NCBI GenBank assembly: GCA_963816185.1 | Contig: CAWFJJ010000025.1 | Location: forward strand, 352,001-416,000 | DNA: 64,000 nt | Reading direction: 5' to 3' | Origin: Thermoanaerobaculia bacterium | GTDB lineage: Bacteria > Acidobacteriota > Thermoanaerobaculia > UBA5066 | In this document: positions 47,971 through 58,994 of the stretch, one piece after another | How the letters are laid out: each line of letters begins with the position of its first letter | Numbering within the stretch: position 1 is the first letter of the stretch | The notes under the pieces: model-generated | Told to the model about the DNA's origin: nothing | Databases searched by the model: none | Seen by the model: only the letters and a program-made list of their open reading frames with translations | Made by a program: the position numbers and the translations under genes

Positions 47971-48537
47971 TCAGGGCACGGCGCGGATGGACTCGATGAC
48001 GACCTGCGTCTTCGGGATGTCCTGGGGCCCCGTGGGCACGGCCTTGATCTTGTCCACCACGTCCATGCCGGACGTGACCTTGCCGAACACGCAGTAGCCG
48101 ATGCCCTCCGGCGAGGAGTCCTGGTAGTCCAGACTTCCGTTGTTCTTCACGTTGATGTAGAACTGAGACGTCGCGCTGTTCGGGTCGGACGTCCGCGCCA
48201 TCGCGATCGTCCCGAGATCGTTCTTGAGGCGGTTCGCCGCCTCGTTCTTGATCGCGGCGCGCGTCGGCTTCTTGTTCATGGCCGTGTCGAAGCCGCCGCC
48301 CTGGACCATGAAATTGTTGATCACGCGGTGGAAGATCGTGCCGTCGTAGAACTTGTCGTTCACGTACTGCAGGAAGTTCTTGACGGTCTCCGGCGCCTTG
48401 TCCGGATAGAGCTCGATCGTGACGCTCCCGAGGGAGGTCTTCATGACGACGGTCGGGTGCTTCACGGGGCTTGCTCCCTTCAGGGTGGCAGTTAAGAGAA
48501 ACGCTCCGGCGAGGACGAAAGCAAGGTCTCTTCTCAT
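47971..48537 (-). CDS. ppiA: Cyclophilin-type peptidyl-prolyl isomerase
   Basis: FHRVI..FMVQGGG, AMART..SATSQFYIN; signal peptide. Confidence 0.93.
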   Translation of the reverse strand: MRRDLAFVLAGAFLLTATLKGASPVKHPTVVMKTSLGSVTIELYPDKAPETVKNFLQYVNDKFYDGTIFHRVINNFMVQGGGFDTAMNKKPTRAAIKNEAANRLKNDLGTIAMARTSDPNSATSQFYINVKNNGSLDYQDSSPEGIGYCVFGKVTSGMDVVDKIKAVPTGPQDIPKTQVVIESIRAVP

Positions 48538-48616
48538 GCGCGAGAAGGTATCACGCTCGGGGGAGCCGTCGGGCGGCGAGGAAGAGGAGGGTCGCCGCGA
48601 CCGCCTGAGCCGCCCG

Positions 48617-50143
48617 TCAGTACAGGAAGCCGGGCGCCGTGCGGACGGTGCCGCGCGCGGCGCGGATCTCGACCGGATGAAATGAGCCGGCGCGCTTCGC
48701 GTTGCTCACGAACGAGACGAGATAGCGCGTCCTGAGATCGCGCTCGAGCTTTGCGAAGACGTCGTTCAGGGCGCCGGCGTTCGGAACGACGTAGGTGCGT
48801 CCGCCGGTCGCTTCCGTGAAGCGCTCGAGCACCTCGCGGTTCGGGAGCTGCTGAACGTGGGTGACGCTCATTTCCTCGACGACCTTTCCGTCCGCGTCCT
48901 TGTGGCGCTTGAAGTGCTGGACCTCCTCAATCCACGGGAGAGCCAGGGCGAAGATCGGGACTCCGGCCTGGCGTGCGAAGTCGAGGGCGTGCACTTCCGT
49001 GACGTCGTCTTCGAACGCGTTCCCGTCCGTAACGAGGAGCAGCGCGCGCGCGCCTTCTCCTCCGCGTAGCTGATAGAGGGCATCGACGATGGCCTCGTGG
49101 AGGACGGTGCCGGGGACCGGGTCCTCCCCGAGGGCGAGGACGGCATCCTCGAGGGCCTGGCGCGACCTCGTCCAGTCGAGGACATGTCCGACGGTGACCC
49201 CGAACCGCTGGAGAAACGCGGTGTCGCGGGGGCCCAGCGCCTTGAGAAACCGGTCCGCGACGATGTCGCGAAGCTCCCGCGTGTAGAGGAGGCTCTGGGA
49301 CGTGTCGATCGCGATGCCGACCGCGAGGCTCCCGTCGCGCACGAGCCGCGCTTCGCGGATCTCGCATTTCCCCCGGCTGTCGCGCACCGTGAAGTCCGAG
49401 GCCGCGAGGTCTTCCACGGGCTTGCCGTGCTTCGTGACCGCGACCATCTGCTCGACGACGTGAGTATCGAGCGAGGCCTGCAGCCCGCGTCCGTTCAGGA
49501 GGATCGAACGCTCGGCGGCGCGCCCGAGCGCCGTCTTCACGCGCGCGGTGAGCACGACAGGGGAGTCGGGGAGGTGAACGGGCGCGTTTCGGACGTCGCC
49601 GGCGCCTTCCAGCGGGACGTTCCGTCCATCCACATCGAGCGTGACCGAGGCCAGCGTGTCCGCCGCCGGCGCGACGGCGCGGACGAGCGCGGTCACGGAG
49701 CCCGAGACCCGCTGCCCGTCGAGCGGCGCGAGGAACTGCAGGGTGAGCCGGCGGCCCCCCGCGTTGAGGGGCGTCTCGACGCGGTAGAGGGGGCGGCGAT
49801 CGTGGTCGAGCGCGAGGGCGACAACGGTCTTCTCGTGCGGCACGGGGCCGACGTCCAGAAAGAACTCGAACGGGCGCGAGGTCGTGCGCGACCAGTCCTC
49901 GACCTGCCATTTCACGAACGCGACATCGCGGTCGCGCGTCTCCGCCTGAAGGCGCACCCGGCCGGTGACCATTCCCTCCGGCGCGCGCACCTCGAAAAGC
50001 GTCTCGCCGGGCGCGGCGCCTTCCGTGAGACTCGCAGGCACGACGAGGGCAAGGACGACCAGGGCCTGCGCGGGCCGTCCGCCCGCCCCATGCCTAGCCC
50101 GCGCCGCCAGGCCCCACCATCTTGGAGGGATCGATCCACGCAT
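48617..50143 (-). CDS. Secreted Ig-like plus VWA-domain protein (start uncertain)
   Basis: DTSQS MIDAS, LLVTDG, TGGR. Confidence 0.8.
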   Translation of the reverse strand: MRGSIPPRWWGLAARARHGAGGRPAQALVVLALVVPASLTEGAAPGETLFEVRAPEGMVTGRVRLQAETRDRDVAFVKWQVEDWSRTTSRPFEFFLDVGPVPHEKTVVALALDHDRRPLYRVETPLNAGGRRLTLQFLAPLDGQRVSGSVTALVRAVAPAADTLASVTLDVDGRNVPLEGAGDVRNAPVHLPDSPVVLTARVKTALGRAAERSILLNGRGLQASLDTHVVEQMVAVTKHGKPVEDLAASDFTVRDSRGKCEIREARLVRDGSLAVGIAIDTSQSLLYTRELRDIVADRFLKALGPRDTAFLQRFGVTVGHVLDWTRSRQALEDAVLALGEDPVPGTVLHEAIVDALYQLRGGEGARALLLVTDGNAFEDDVTEVHALDFARQAGVPIFALALPWIEEVQHFKRHKDADGKVVEEMSVTHVQQLPNREVLERFTEATGGRTYVVPNAGALNDVFAKLERDLRTRYLVSFVSNAKRAGSFHPVEIRAARGTVRTAPGFLY

Positions 50144-51491
50144 CGAACTCTTCGGACGTCAAGAAGCCGAGCTTGAGGGCGGCCTCCTTGAGCGTCAGGC
50201 CTTCCCGGTGGGCCGTCTTCGCGATCGCGGCCGCCTTGTCGTACCCGATGTGGGGATTCAGCGCCGTGACGAGCATGAGCGACTTCTTCACGAGGTCGTC
50301 GATGCGCGCGCGGTCGGCCTCGAGCCCTTCGGCGCAATGGATACGGAAGCTGCGGCAGCCGTCCGCGAGCAGCCGCGTCGACTCGAGGACGTTGTGGATC
50401 ATCACGGGCTTGAAGACGTGCAGGTCGAAGTTGCCCTGGCTCGCGGCGAACGCGACGGCGGCGTCGTTGCCGTAAACCTGGACGACGACCATCGTGAGGG
50501 CCTCGGCCTGCGTCGGGTTCACTTTGCCCGGCATGATGGAGCTCCCCGGCTCGTTCTCGGGAATGCGGAGCTCGCCGATGCCGCAGCGCGGGCCGGAGGC
50601 GAGCCAGCGCACGTCGTTCGCGATCTTCATCAGCGAGCCGGCGAGCGTCCGAAGCGCGCCGGAGGCGAACGCGAGGGCGTCGTGCGCCGCGAGCGCCTCG
50701 AACTTGTTCGGCGCCGAGACGAAAGGAAGGCCCGTCATCTCCGCGACGCGCCTCGCGACCCGGACGGCGTACTCGGGATGCGTGTTGAGTCCCGTGCCGA
50801 CGGCCGTCCCGCCGATCGCGAGCTCGAGGAGGTGAGGCAACGCTTGCCTGACGTGCGCGATCCCGTGGTCGAGCTGCGACACCCAGCCGGAGATCTCCTG
50901 GCCGAGCGTCAGCGGGACGGCGTCCTGCAGGTGCGTGCGGCCGATCTTCACGACGTCCTTGAACTCCCGCGCCTTGCCGTCGAGCACGTCGCGCAGCTTC
51001 TTCACCTCGGGGAGCAGCCGCTCCTCGATCTCCGAGACGGCCGCGATGTGCATCGCCGTCGGGAACGTGTCGTTCGAGGACTGCGACTTGTTCACGTCGT
51101 CGTTCGGGTGGACGGGAACCTTCGAGCCCATGGCGCCGCCCGCCATCTCGATCGCGCGGTTGCCGATGACCTCGTTCACGTTCATGTTCGTCTGCGTGCC
51201 GCTGCCGGTCTGGAAGATGACGAGCGGGAAGTGCGCGTCGAGCTTGCCGTCGATGACTTCCTGCGCGGCGGCCGCAATGAGCCTCGCGCGATCCTGAGGC
51301 AGCAGGCCGAGCTCCTGGTTCACCTCGGCGGCGGCCTTCTTCAGAATTCCGAAGGCCCAGATCATCGGGCGCGTGAACCGGATCTCCCCGATCTCGAAGT
51401 TCTGGAGCGAGCGCTGCGTCTGCGCGCCCCAGTAGCGGTCGGCCTCGACCGCGATCTCTCCCATCGTGTCCTTCTCGATCCGTGTCGCCAT
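50094..51491 (-). CDS. fumC: Fumarate hydratase class II
   Basis: [22 protein letters not shown]. Confidence 0.97.
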   Translation of the reverse strand: MATRIEKDTMGEIAVEADRYWGAQTQRSLQNFEIGEIRFTRPMIWAFGILKKAAAEVNQELGLLPQDRARLIAAAAQEVIDGKLDAHFPLVIFQTGSGTQTNMNVNEVIGNRAIEMAGGAMGSKVPVHPNDDVNKSQSSNDTFPTAMHIAAVSEIEERLLPEVKKLRDVLDGKAREFKDVVKIGRTHLQDAVPLTLGQEISGWVSQLDHGIAHVRQALPHLLELAIGGTAVGTGLNTHPEYAVRVARRVAEMTGLPFVSAPNKFEALAAHDALAFASGALRTLAGSLMKIANDVRWLASGPRCGIGELRIPENEPGSSIMPGKVNPTQAEALTMVVVQVYGNDAAVAFAASQGNFDLHVFKPVMIHNVLESTRLLADGCRSFRIHCAEGLEADRARIDDLVKKSLMLVTALNPHIGYDKAAAIAKTAHREGLTLKEAALKLGFLTSEEFDAWIDPSKMVGPGGAG

Positions 51492-51604
51492 GGCGTCCCT
51501 CGCGTCCGGGAACGGGCGACTGATTCTAGTTCTTGCCCGCGCCTTTCGAGCTCTCCGCGTGACCGCGCTCACAGGAGACGCGCTCGGCCGGTAAAATGGC
51601 GGCC

Positions 51605-52579
51605 ATGAAAGCCATCCGCGTCCACGCTCCCGGCGGTCCCGAGGCGCTCCACCTCGAGGAGGTCGCAGACCCGTCTCCGAAGGCCGGCGAGGCGCTCGTC
51701 CGCGCCGAGGCGATCGGCGTCAACTTCATCGAAGTCTATTTCCGTCTCGGTCTCTACAAGCCACCCGGATACCCCTTCACGCCGGGCGGCGAGGTCGCGG
51801 GCGTCGTGGAAAGCGTGGGGCCCGGCGTTACTTCTCTGAAGCCGGGCGACCGCGTGGCGACCGTGAACGCGGCTGGTGCGTATGCGGGGAAAGCGCTCGT
51901 CCCCGAAGGCCGCCTCGTCGCCGTTCCGGACGGCGTCACGGCGCGGCAGGCCGCCGCGGTGATGCTCCAGGGCATGACGGCCCACTACCTCGCGACATCC
52001 ACGTATCCCTTGAGGAAGGGCGACACGTGCCTCGTCCACGCGGCTGCGGGCGGAGTCGGCTTGCTCCTGTGCCGCATCGCGAAGAACCGCGGCGCGCGCG
52101 TGATCGGGACGGTCTCGACGGAGGAGAAGGCGGCGAGGGCGCGCGAGGCCGGGGCGGACGACGTCATCCTCTACACGCGGAGCGATTTCGTCGTCGAGAC
52201 GAAGCGCCTGACCGGAGGAAAGGGCGTTCAGGCCGTCTACGACTCGGTCGGGAAGACGACGTTCGAAAAGGGTCTCGACGTCCTCGCGCTGCGCGGCACG
52301 ATGGCGCTCTTCGGGCAGTCGAGCGGCCCCGCCGGACCGATCGACCCCCAGGTCCTCAACCAGAAGGGCTCGATCTTCCTGACGCGGCCTTCGCTCTTCC
52401 ATTACATCGCTTCGCGCGAGGAGCTCCTGTCGCGTGCAGGCGACGTCCTCTCCTGGGTGAAGGACGGCTCGCTGCCGGTTCACATCGACCGCACGTTCCC
52501 GCTCGCCGAGGCCGCTGCGGCCCACCGCGCGCTCGAGGCGCGCGAAACTTCCGGAAAGGTGCTGCTCCTGCCGGGCTGA
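51605..52579 (+). CDS. qor: NADPH:quinone oxidoreductase (zeta-crystallin type)
   Basis: [20 protein letters not shown]. Confidence 0.9.
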   Translation: MKAIRVHAPGGPEALHLEEVADPSPKAGEALVRAEAIGVNFIEVYFRLGLYKPPGYPFTPGGEVAGVVESVGPGVTSLKPGDRVATVNAAGAYAGKALVPEGRLVAVPDGVTARQAAAVMLQGMTAHYLATSTYPLRKGDTCLVHAAAGGVGLLLCRIAKNRGARVIGTVSTEEKAARAREAGADDVILYTRSDFVVETKRLTGGKGVQAVYDSVGKTTFEKGLDVLALRGTMALFGQSSGPAGPIDPQVLNQKGSIFLTRPSLFHYIASREELLSRAGDVLSWVKDGSLPVHIDRTFPLAEAAAAHRALEARETSGKVLLLPG

Positions 52580-53425
52580 TCAGTCGGGATCGCGGCGCTC
52601 GACGGTCTGGCTGACCAGGCCCTCCGCCTCGGCGGCGTCGGGGTTCGTTCGCAGGAGGGCCGCCACGCCGGCCTCGCCCCGCGCGGCGATCGCGAGCTCG
52701 AGCCACTCCTCGTTCACGCGCCAGCCGATGGCCCGGTTTCCCCCTTGCGCCTGTGCGCGCCGGAGGGCGGCGTCGACGAGGCCGAGATGGTCGCGGAACG
52801 AGGCGAGATGCGGACGCGCGCGCGAGAGCGGCTCGATCGAGAAGCCGACGGACAGGGAGACGGGGCGTCCGCCGGCGCCGGCGGGCACGCGCACGTTTTC
52901 GGCGACGGACGCCCGGAGGCGCATGGCCAAAGAGCGCGCTTCGCCCGCAAACCTTATGCGCGCGACGATGAGGAACGCGATCTCGGTCCAGCGCGCGATG
53001 ACGGTGCCGCCTCGCACGACCGCCTGAAGGGCGCGCGCCGTGTCGCGAAGGAGCGCGTCTCCCAACTCGCGTCCGCGCGCGTCGATCTCGTCGAAGTCGT
53101 CGACTTCGGCCAGCATCAGGGCGACGTGCTCCGGCGGCGGATCGCCTCCCCGCGACGGCCTCCGGGCCGGCGCGAGGAGGGTCCCGATCGCGGCGTCGAC
53201 GAAGCGCCGGTTGTGAACGCCGGTCAGGGCGTCCGTGAGCGACGTCTCGGCGAGGAGCTTCTGCGCGTCTTTCAGCTCCTCGTCCCGGCGCTTCAGCTCG
53301 TCCTCGAGGGCGTGCACGGAGGCGGCCGACCGGTGCGCGAGGAAAGCCCGAACGGCCCATCCGATCCCGAAGCCCGCGAGAAGGGCGATTCCGCCGAGCC
53401 AGGCCGACCCGGCGGAGAGGATCAC
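52580..53425 (-). CDS. Membrane-anchored degenerate GGDEF-domain protein
   Basis: TDALTGVHNRR present, but the signature reads RWTEIAF. Confidence 0.8.
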   Translation of the reverse strand: MILSAGSAWLGGIALLAGFGIGWAVRAFLAHRSAASVHALEDELKRRDEELKDAQKLLAETSLTDALTGVHNRRFVDAAIGTLLAPARRPSRGGDPPPEHVALMLAEVDDFDEIDARGRELGDALLRDTARALQAVVRGGTVIARWTEIAFLIVARIRFAGEARSLAMRLRASVAENVRVPAGAGGRPVSLSVGFSIEPLSRARPHLASFRDHLGLVDAALRRAQAQGGNRAIGWRVNEEWLELAIAARGEAGVAALLRTNPDAAEAEGLVSQTVERRDPD

Positions 53426-54405
53426 TTGAAGCCGCGCACCGCGTGCGGGCGGTAAGGAGCCTCGAGCGCGCGGATCTCCTCGTCCGCAAGCGTCAGGTCC
53501 AGCGCCGAGAGGGCCGTCTCCAGGTGCGCGAGCTTCGTCGCCCCGATGATCGGCGCCGTCAGGGCAGGACGCGAAAGGAGCCAGGCGAGCGCGACGGCCG
53601 CGGGCTCGACCCCTCGCGACGCCGCGACGTTCTTGACCGTCTCGAGGACGGCGTCGTCCGACGGATGGTCGTAGAGGTTCCGCGCATAGTCGTCCGAGGC
53701 GGCGCGCGGCGTTGCCTCGGTGTCGGCGGCGCTCTTTCGCGTGCCCGCCAGGAGGCCGCGCGCGAGGGGCGACCACGGAATGACCGCAATCCCTTCACCC
53801 GCGCACAGAGGGAGCATCTCGCGCTCCTCTTCGCGGTAGACGAGGTTGTAGTGATTCTGCATCGAGGCGAAACGGGCCCATCCCCTCGCGTCCGAGAGAG
53901 CGAGCGCCTTCGCGAAGCGGTACGCCGGGCCCGAGCTCGCGCCGATGAAACGCACCTTCCCCTGCTTCACGAGGAGGTCGAGGGCCGCGAGCGTCTCGTC
54001 GAGAGGCACGGCGTGGTCGAAACGGTGAATCTGGTAAAGGTCGATCGTCTCGACGCCGAGGCGCCTCAGGCTCGCCTCGCAGGCCTGCACGACGTGCTTG
54101 CGCGAGAGCCCTCCCATGTTCGGGCCCGGCGACATCGGGAAGTTGACCTTCGTTGCGAGGACGATCTCTTCCAATCGCCCGTACTCGCGCAGGGCGCGGC
54201 CGGTGACCTCCTCGCTGACGCCGAGCGAGTACATGTCGGCGGTGTCGAAGAAGTTGATGCCCGCCTCGAGCGCGCGTCGGAAAAACGGCTGTGCGGCGGC
54301 CTCGTCGAGGACCCACGGCCGCCAGGAGGGCGTCCCGTAGCTCATGCACCCGAGGCACAGGCGAGACACGGTGACTCCCGTGCGGCCGAGCGTCGTGTAC
54401 TTCAT
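53422..54405 (-). CDS. Aldo/keto reductase (YajO-like)
   Basis: LCLGCMSYG, FDTADMY, DLYQIHR. Confidence 0.93.
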   Translation of the reverse strand: MKYTTLGRTGVTVSRLCLGCMSYGTPSWRPWVLDEAAAQPFFRRALEAGINFFDTADMYSLGVSEEVTGRALREYGRLEEIVLATKVNFPMSPGPNMGGLSRKHVVQACEASLRRLGVETIDLYQIHRFDHAVPLDETLAALDLLVKQGKVRFIGASSGPAYRFAKALALSDARGWARFASMQNHYNLVYREEEREMLPLCAGEGIAVIPWSPLARGLLAGTRKSAADTEATPRAASDDYARNLYDHPSDDAVLETVKNVAASRGVEPAAVALAWLLSRPALTAPIIGATKLAHLETALSALDLTLADEEIRALEAPYRPHAVRGFK

Positions 54406-55129
54406 GCCGATAGTCAACAGTGAAGGGCCCGAATCGTTAGCGTGCTGGCGGTCTGCGGCCAGCGTGGTCTCGACCGTCATCTGCGTGGTGTTCAGACACG
54501 GTGAGGGTGACGGTGATGTCGAGGGTCTTATCGGCGGCGGGTGGGATGCGGATCCGAAGCCTGATGTCGATTGTTATCCTCCCGGCTCGCGCTCTTGCTG
54601 GGTGAAGTCACAAGCCGTCGGATCGTGGCGTCGTGGCGGAGCTTCGCGCGAAGGTCGCCGGCGTGCCCGATCGAGGCATCCGCGTGCCCTTGCGAGATCC
54701 TCACGACACCGCCTTCGGAATCGGAGGCTGTTGACGACGGCAGCCAGCCGCCGGTCAGACGTCGTCAACGACAGAGCCTCGCCGATCGGCATTCGAAGCG
54801 CAGCGTGAGGACCGGTCGGAGCTCGGCTGGGGTCGCCGCTCGTATCGGCACGCGCGGTCGGGGCCAGAGCTGCCCTGGAGCGGCGGAACTCGAGAAGGAG
54901 TAGGAGGAACCGGCTCAGGCGAAGCGAATGGCGGACCCCGCGTTTGTAAGGCGGGTGGAACGTAACCCCTGGAAGATCGTGGCGGAATCCGGAGAACCAT
55001 CTGAATCCTGCAGCGGGGATCCCGGTCTCTCCTTGCGTCGCGAGCTCCCAGCGGTCTTGCGCGGAAGCGATGCGACCGGACGCCAGCAGGAAGAGAGCCA
55101 TCCCGATCCGCTCGCGCAGGAACGCCGCC

Positions 55130-55960
55130 CTAGAAAGAGGCACTTGCCGTGAAACCCAGGCTGCCGGCCGAGACGACGGGCGCAATGCGAAAGCTGTATG
55201 CGGCAGGTGGCGCCTCCTGCTGCGTCTCCTCGCGCCGGTGGCGTTTCACGACTGTGCGCCCGATGAGGGTGCCGACGAGCCCTCCCGCGATGACGTCCGA
55301 GGCCCAGTGCCCGCGGTCGTGCACGCGGGCATACCCGACGCAGCTCGCGAGCGTGTAGGAGACGACCGGCACGAGCCATCCGTCGGCTCGCGCCGACAGC
55401 ACGGACGCGACCGCGAACGCCTCGGTCGATTCTCCCGATGGAAACGAGGAGTTCCCGGAGAAGGGCTTGAATTCATCCGCATCGGCTCCGCCGCTTGGGC
55501 GGACGCGTCCGACGGCGTACTTCAGGAGCGGCGTCGTGATGCCGGCCGCGAGAATCTCGGCCTCCACCGCGTCGCGGCCCGTTTCGAGAAGGCGCTCGTT
55601 GTGCGAGACGAGGCCGCCCCCGAGCGCGACGGCCGATACGCCGATCGCCGCCCAGGTCCCGAAAGGCTTCACGACGCGGGCGAAGTCCTCGGTCTGCTTC
55701 GAGCGGTGGCTCTGAACCCACGCGTCGATGCGGTCGTCGCGCGTGCCGACGAAGACGACGCCGCCGGAAATCGAGGCCACCTCGGCCCAGTCCCCGACGT
55801 CGAAGCGGGACGGAGCCATCGCAATGGCCGCGCCATCGTTCAGATACCGCTTCAGCTCGGCGACAAGAGGGGAATCCGTGGTCTGGGCGAGCCCCGGTCC
55901 AGCCGCCAGGAGTACGACCACCTCGAGAGGTACGAGCCCGAGCCGACGCGCGAGTTTCAC
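55130..55960 (-). CDS. PAP2-superfamily protein
   Basis: K..VGRVRP, SFPSGE, ARV..HWASD. Confidence 0.85.
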   Translation of the reverse strand: MKLARRLGLVPLEVVVLLAAGPGLAQTTDSPLVAELKRYLNDGAAIAMAPSRFDVGDWAEVASISGGVVFVGTRDDRIDAWVQSHRSKQTEDFARVVKPFGTWAAIGVSAVALGGGLVSHNERLLETGRDAVEAEILAAGITTPLLKYAVGRVRPSGGADADEFKPFSGNSSFPSGESTEAFAVASVLSARADGWLVPVVSYTLASCVGYARVHDRGHWASDVIAGGLVGTLIGRTVVKRHRREETQQEAPPAAYSFRIAPVVSAGSLGFTASASF

Positions 55961-56052
55961 TTCGAGCGTCGTCGTTCCGCGACAAAGCCGGCTGCGGCCG
56001 GAACGACCAAGAAGAGCTGCATCAAAGCGACATCTCTCTCTGGAGCGCGCGT

Positions 56053-56104
56053 CGATGCAAGAGCAGTACCTCGAACGAATGTCTCAGGATTCGGACGGAC
56101 GCGA
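56053..56104 (-). promoter_or_regulatory. sigma-54 promoter plus adjacent palindrome (copy 1 of a 52-bp repeat)
   Basis: AGGTACTGCTCTTGCA (GG-N10-GC); GTCTCA-N4-TCGGAC. Confidence 0.65.
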
Positions 56105-56155
56105 GGATGGACGAGCGATTAGGCTACGCTTCGCCGGCTTCTGGAGGGAGTCGCC

Positions 56156-56677
56156 ATGGGAAAGGGATTCGTCCTGGGTTTTGTCGTTGCCATCATCACG
56201 TTGATTGCCGCCGGCTATTTCTTCGTGACGAGCGGCGCCCTGCCCGCCGGACAGGACTCGAAACCAGGCAGGCTGGAGACGTGGGCTGCGAAGAGATCGC
56301 TTCAGGCGACGATGCGCCGAGAGGCTCAGGGCCTGACGAGCCCCCTCCAGCCCACGGACGAAAATCTCACTGCGGGCATCGCGCTCTACCGCGCCCACTG
56401 TCAGGTGTGCCATGGAGGAGCCGATGGTGAGGTGTCGTTGATCGCGAGAGGCTTGACTCCGAATCCGCCGCAGCTCGCGAAGGATGGAGTCGAGGATGAT
56501 CCCGTGGGAGTGACTTACTGGAAGGTCGCCCACGGGATTCGCTTTACCGGAATGCCGGCCTTCGGCAAGACCCTGTCTGGCCGCGAGATGTGGCAGATCG
56601 CGCTTCTTGCGAAGTACATGAACTCACTGCCATCTGGAGCTCGCAGCGCGTGGCTGGCAGGGAAGTCGGCGCCCTGA
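56156..56677 (+). CDS. Membrane-anchored monoheme cytochrome c
   Basis: CQVCH; GIRFTGMP. Confidence 0.9.
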   Translation: MGKGFVLGFVVAIITLIAAGYFFVTSGALPAGQDSKPGRLETWAAKRSLQATMRREAQGLTSPLQPTDENLTAGIALYRAHCQVCHGGADGEVSLIARGLTPNPPQLAKDGVEDDPVGVTYWKVAHGIRFTGMPAFGKTLSGREMWQIALLAKYMNSLPSGARSAWLAGKSAP

Positions 56678-56709
56678 CGACGTCCGCCTGTCAAGGCTCC
56701 CGCCCCTCT

Positions 56710-57270
56710 TCACATCGGACGCCAGGTCGTCTCCACTCGCACCGGCATTTCATTCTTGACGGGGACCGTCAGGAGCGAGGGCGGGGGAATCTTGAAATCG
56801 GAAAGCGTCGCCGGGATCGTTCCCGAGATCTTCGTGTAGATTCCCTCTTTCACCTGCTGGAAGGGAACCTGCGTGTACCGGACGGTCTGACCCGCGAACT
56901 CGATCTCGAGATCGCAGTGGACCGTGGGTGATCCGAAGGCGGATTCGGGCAATCGGATGCGCACGCTGACGATGGGAAACTGTGCGCCGTGCGTGGCTTG
57001 AAGCATGTGAAGATCGCGGTTGCTGTCCCCCGAATCGAACGACTTCACGGGCGCCGCGATCAGGACATCGCATTGTCTGGCTTGGCACACCACCTTTCCC
57101 CGGGCCGCGTGGCTGGTGCCCTCGGTCTCATGCAGCGGATGAGATACGTGATACGTGAGAGTGGACTTTTCGAGCACCCATTGACCGTCCGCCAGGGCAA
57201 ATCCGGGAAGCGCCAGAAGCAGACAGACGATTCGGATCGCGCCGTTCTTGGTGCACCCATGTTCTTTCAT
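56710..57270 (-). CDS. YceI-family protein
   Basis: FDSGDSNRDLHM; signal peptide. Confidence 0.8.
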   Translation of the reverse strand: MKEHGCTKNGAIRIVCLLLALPGFALADGQWVLEKSTLTYHVSHPLHETEGTSHAARGKVVCQARQCDVLIAAPVKSFDSGDSNRDLHMLQATHGAQFPIVSVRIRLPESAFGSPTVHCDLEIEFAGQTVRYTQVPFQQVKEGIYTKISGTIPATLSDFKIPPPSLLTVPVKNEMPVRVETTWRPM

Positions 57271-57280
57271 GAACAGCGCC

Positions 57281-58057
57281 TCAGAATTTGAGCGCTACGG
57301 ATCCGATCGCGGCGGCATAGGCCGCGATCGTCACGTCGGCCACGGCCGAGTGCGCCGAGGCAATCCCGTGAACCTTTTCTCCGCGGTCGAGCTGAGCGCG
57401 CGCCATCGCGCCCAGGATGGGCGTCAGGATCATTCCGGCGCCATGGACCCACGCGAGGGCCTTGTGCAGACGGATGGGGCCGCGGACCGAAGTCCCAGGA
57501 ATATTCGGTGCTCGGATCGCAAAGGAAGCGCTCGTGATGTACAAGCCAGCCGTCAGCAGGCCCAGGGCGCCATGAAGGTTGCGCGCCGACGTGCTGCCGT
57601 GCCTCGTCGCTCCGTTCGACGTGATGACCGTCGCGAGCATGGGGATGAGTGTTATCAAGCCGAGGCGTTGATGGATCTTGAGCATGTGCGATCGCTTGTC
57701 GAGCCTCGCCTGAGCCTCGGCGTTCGCCCGCGTCAGATCCGGAGGAAACCCCAAATCCTGCAGCGACGGCTTGGCCGCCTTTTCCTGAGGCGGGGCCGCC
57801 TTCTCGTCCACTTCTTGCGCAGCCTCCGCCGACGGCCGGCCGAGACCCGCCGTGTCGGTGACATTGACCGTCGCGGAAAGTGCCTCCACGGAGTCGAGGC
57901 AAGCGGTCTCGAAGCTCCCCCTGAAACTGCCGGGGGACACCAGGTCGGCGACCGGATCCAGCGTCGAGTCTGCCGCCCTCGCGGTCTCGGCAAATGACGC
58001 TGGAGCGAAGATGAGCATCACGGAAACGACGGCAGGACCGAAAGGACTCGCCATCAC
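57281..58057 (-). CDS. Membrane protein with His-bearing TM helices (cytochrome b561-like?)
   Basis: IHQRLG, LHGALG, LHKALAWVH, AHSAVA. Confidence 0.55.
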   Translation of the reverse strand: MMASPFGPAVVSVMLIFAPASFAETARAADSTLDPVADLVSPGSFRGSFETACLDSVEALSATVNVTDTAGLGRPSAEAAQEVDEKAAPPQEKAAKPSLQDLGFPPDLTRANAEAQARLDKRSHMLKIHQRLGLITLIPMLATVITSNGATRHGSTSARNLHGALGLLTAGLYITSASFAIRAPNIPGTSVRGPIRLHKALAWVHGAGMILTPILGAMARAQLDRGEKVHGIASAHSAVADVTIAAYAAAIGSVALKF

Positions 58058-58078
58058 TCACCTCGTTCGCGGGCGGGC

Positions 58079-58130
58079 CGATGCAAGAGCAGTGCCTTGA
58101 GAGGGAGTCTCAGGATTCGGACGGACGCGA
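58079..58130 (-). promoter_or_regulatory. sigma-54 promoter plus adjacent palindrome (copy 2)
   Basis: AGGCACTGCTCTTGCA; 45/52 identical to 56053-56104. Confidence 0.7.
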
Positions 58131-58279
58131 TCCCGAGTGCCGAGAACATGCCGTTGCGCACATCGGTCTCGACGGCTGCCGACGAGAGGCGCCGACTCAT
58201 TCCGAGCCCTGAAGACCATCCGGCTCCTCGCAGCGGTAGGATGCGTCCCACAAAGACCGGATTTCATCAGGAGGTTCCC

Positions 58280-58987
58280 ATGTCGAGCGTCCCCCCACAG
58301 GGTCCCGGACCCATGCCACCCCCGCCTCCGCCCCAGCCCCCGTACGCGGCTCCGCCCTCCGGAGGACTGCCGTGGGAGACGCAAGCCATCGGACCGGAGC
58401 CGTTCTTCGAGACAGCGAAGCTCTTCATCATGGCGCCGGTTGAGGCCTGGCGTCGGACGAGGGAGACCGGCGATTACATGCGCCCGCTTCTTTTCGGCGT
58501 CGTCGTGGGGTGGGTCGGTCTCGTCTTCCGCGCGGTCTGGGGAACGATTTTCGGCGCCGGTCTCATGAGGATGATCCCGGCGCAGTACGCGGGGTTCACG
58601 CGATTCGGGGGAGGGTCGCTCGTCGTGCAGATCATCCTCGGGCCGCTCTTCGTGGCGCTCGGCCTCTTCATCGGCGCCGCGATCCTCCACGTCTCGTTCA
58701 TGATCGTCGGAGCCTTGAAGGGCTCGAGGTCGCAGTTCGAGGGGACGTTCCGGCTTTGCGCGTACGCGAGCGTGGCGAACGTCGCGAACGTGGTCCCGAT
58801 CGTGGGCGGACTCGCCGCGGGAATTTGGGCGATCTACCTCATGGTCGTCGGCGCGCAACAGCTCCACAAGACCACGCAGGGCAAAGCGCTCGCGGGCATC
58901 CTTTTGCCCGTGCTGGTCTGCTGCGTGTGTGCGGCAATCGGGATGGCCTTCGCGGGTGCCGCGCTCTTCTCGGCTTTCCGCCACTAG
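58280..58987 (+). CDS. Yip1-family membrane protein
   Basis: Pro-rich N-terminus, LPWE, about five TM segments; SD AGGAGG. Confidence 0.8.
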   Translation: MSSVPPQGPGPMPPPPPPQPPYAAPPSGGLPWETQAIGPEPFFETAKLFIMAPVEAWRRTRETGDYMRPLLFGVVVGWVGLVFRAVWGTIFGAGLMRMIPAQYAGFTRFGGGSLVVQIILGPLFVALGLFIGAAILHVSFMIVGALKGSRSQFEGTFRLCAYASVANVANVVPIVGGLAAGIWAIYLMVVGAQQLHKTTQGKALAGILLPVLVCCVCAAIGMAFAGAALFSAFRH

Positions 58988-58994
58988 ATTTCGC

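Noticed and set aside
54420-55129. Possible PIN-toxin remnant (LTTSDRRLA) or ncRNA in a 700-bp gap
   Set aside because: Only a short resemblance, with no intact ORF or convincing structure; it needs BLASTX or Rfam.
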